The translations under genes and the position numbers were made by a program. A model generated the notes under the pieces. That model worked only from the letters and a program-made list of their open reading frames with translations. It made no database searches and had not been told where the DNA came from. From positions 1 through 6,177 of the IMG/VR virus record IMGVR_UViG_3300005099_000139: a stretch of DNA of 6,177 bases. The stretch is one strand, 5' to 3'. This document shows, one piece after another, positions 5,213 through 6,177 of the stretch. Positions within the stretch are counted from its first letter, which is position 1; each line of letters begins with the position of its first letter. The DNA is from a virus.

Positions 5213-5367
5213 TAATTTTCCTTATAGTATTGTTCTAAGCATGAATACAAAATCCATCCAATCAAAATACCGAAAAACAAACCAACAATAAAGCCCATTC
5301 CACCAACAAAAAATAAACCTCTATTTAATTCTAGAATTACTTCCTTAGAAACAATAAATTCTTGCAT
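5212..5367 (-). CDS. Small single-pass membrane ORF (51 aa), translationally coupled to Zot/pI
   Basis: Hand translation gives MQEFIVSKEVILELNRGLFFVGGMGFIVGLFFGILIGWILYSCLEQYYKEN. The ATG shares one base with the Zot stop (TAATG at 5369-5365), and GGGGG lies 7 nt upstream. Confidence 0.5.
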   Translation of the reverse strand: MQEFIVSKEVILELNRGLFFVGGMGFIVGLFFGILIGWILYSCLEQYYKEN

Positions 5368-6177
5368 TATATAGCCCCCTGAACTGGAACAATTTGATTA
5401 TTTTGCTGAACCTGAGCTGAATTAAATTGTTGCTGCTGCTGTTGTTTAGCGAAATAGTTGAAAGGACGATCACCATTTTCAATTAATTTTCTACAGTCTT
5501 CACTGGAGACATTAAGCTTAGTACCTTGTTGAGTGTAAGCATAATATTTACCGTTGAACTTAGTACATCCTGAGAAAACAGGCATAGCCGTCACATCATA
5601 TTGAATAGAATCCTGTATTTCTTGCTGATCAAAAGGCGTATCAGGATTATATGAAACACGCTGAACATTAGATTCGGAATTATTCTGCTTTGATTTTGAA
5701 TCAAACCATTGGACACATTCAGGCTTTTCAACATTTATGCCCTTCCGACATTCCTGATCTAGTTGATCTGGAGCTATAGAAGCTGTTTCTTGCTTATCCC
5801 CTTGCTGATTTTTTTCTTGATTTGGTTCTTCCTTAGCTGATTCAGGATTAATAAATTTTTGCGTCTTATCACTAAAAATCATATTCCAAACAAAGATACC
5901 CAAGCAGATTGCAACAGCACCAATAATAAAGAACTTTTTAGGTATCTTGAATTTTACGCTATGAGAAGTTGCAGACTTATAATGAGTAAATAAAGACTTA
6001 GGATATTTAAATAAAAACTCATTTTCAGCAAGTTCACGGCTTGCTGTAGATTGCGGTTGTTTACGGCAGCTTCGCCAGTAGTAAACAGAAGCCAATTTCG
6101 CACCATAAGGACGATGCAAATGATAATGCTCACCTACAAGATCAAGTACAAAAGCATTCAAGAATCTAGGTGATTGG
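5367..6177 (-). CDS. Zot/pI-like assembly protein, C-terminal part: transmembrane segment plus a ~168-aa predicted periplasmic domain (6087-6177 duplicates 1-91)
   Basis: This is the same frame as 1..708 across the circular junction. A TM helix FFIIGAVAICLGIFVWNMIF lies at about 5874-5933, as in pI/Zot topology, and the stop TAA is at 5369-5367. The 'M' at 6161 in the ORF track is a TTG Leu codon inside the gene. Confidence 0.88.
   Translation of the reverse strand, partial: QSPRFLNAFVLDLVGEHYHLHRPYGAKLASVYYWRSCRKQPQSTASRELAENEFLFKYPKSLFTHYKSATSHSVKFKIPKKFFIIGAVAICLGIFVWNMIFSDKTQKFINPESAKEEPNQEKNQQGDKQETASIAPDQLDQECRKGINVEKPECVQWFDSKSKQNNSESNVQRVSYNPDTPFDQQEIQDSIQYDVTAMPVFSGCTKFNGKYYAYTQQGTKLNVSSEDCRKLIENGDRPFNYFAKQQQQQQFNSAQVQQNNQIVPVQGAI
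6087..6177. repeat. Terminal redundancy, right copy (identical to 1-91)
   Basis: Same comparison as the left copy. Confidence 0.95.

Larger units (their letters stand above)
1..6086 (-). mobile_element. Complete circular genome unit (6086 bp) of an inovirus-like filamentous phage; all core genes on the minus strand
   Basis: Positions 1-91 are identical to 6087-6177. The gene set and order are Rep, ssDNA-binding candidate, small membrane protein, major coat plus terminator, pIII-like, pVI-like and Zot/pI. The Zot ORF closes in frame across the junction: (708+6086-5367+1)=1428 nt, 476 codons. Confidence 0.85.

Noticed and set aside
6056-6087. Inverted GTAAACA pair (TGTTTAC-16 nt-GTAAACA) inside the Zot gene as a third operator
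   Set aside because: It lies within coding sequence, has a different spacer from the 3303-3330 pair, and only the 7-mer core matches. It may be chance, so I note it but do not call it.
6159-6161. Start codon of the 264-aa ORF 5367..6161
   Set aside because: It is a TTG (Leu) inside the Zot/pI reading frame, which stays open to the window end and continues from 708..1. It is an artefact of the window break.

Overview
The window is one complete, circularly permuted genome of a small filamentous phage (inovirus-like), either a replicative form or a circular contig. Bases 1-91 are identical to 6087-6177, so the unit length is 6086 bp. The first gene, a Zot/pI-type assembly ATPase, is cut by the window edge and continues in frame at the other end. 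All core genes lie on the minus strand in the usual inovirus order. They are an HUH rolling-circle Rep, a pV-sized ssDNA-binding candidate, a 59-aa membrane ORF missing from the ORF track, and a pVIII-like major coat protein followed by an intrinsic terminator. After these come a 487-aa pIII-like adsorption protein, a pVI-like protein and Zot/pI. Zot/pI is followed by two tiny translationally coupled membrane ORFs (51 and 28 aa) and a 92-aa orphan. One small gene (65 aa) runs on the opposite strand between Rep and the structural module and looks like a small repressor. The octamer TGTAAACA is clustered at its 5' end and recurs over the -35 box of a near-consensus promoter upstream of rep, which suggests a compact regulatory switch. 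I found no secretin (pIV), integrase, transposase, dif-like attP, tRNA or CRISPR. The sequence is AT-rich and the host cannot be named from it. Functional calls rest on motifs I translated by hand, gene order, size and hydrophobicity patterns. No database search was run.
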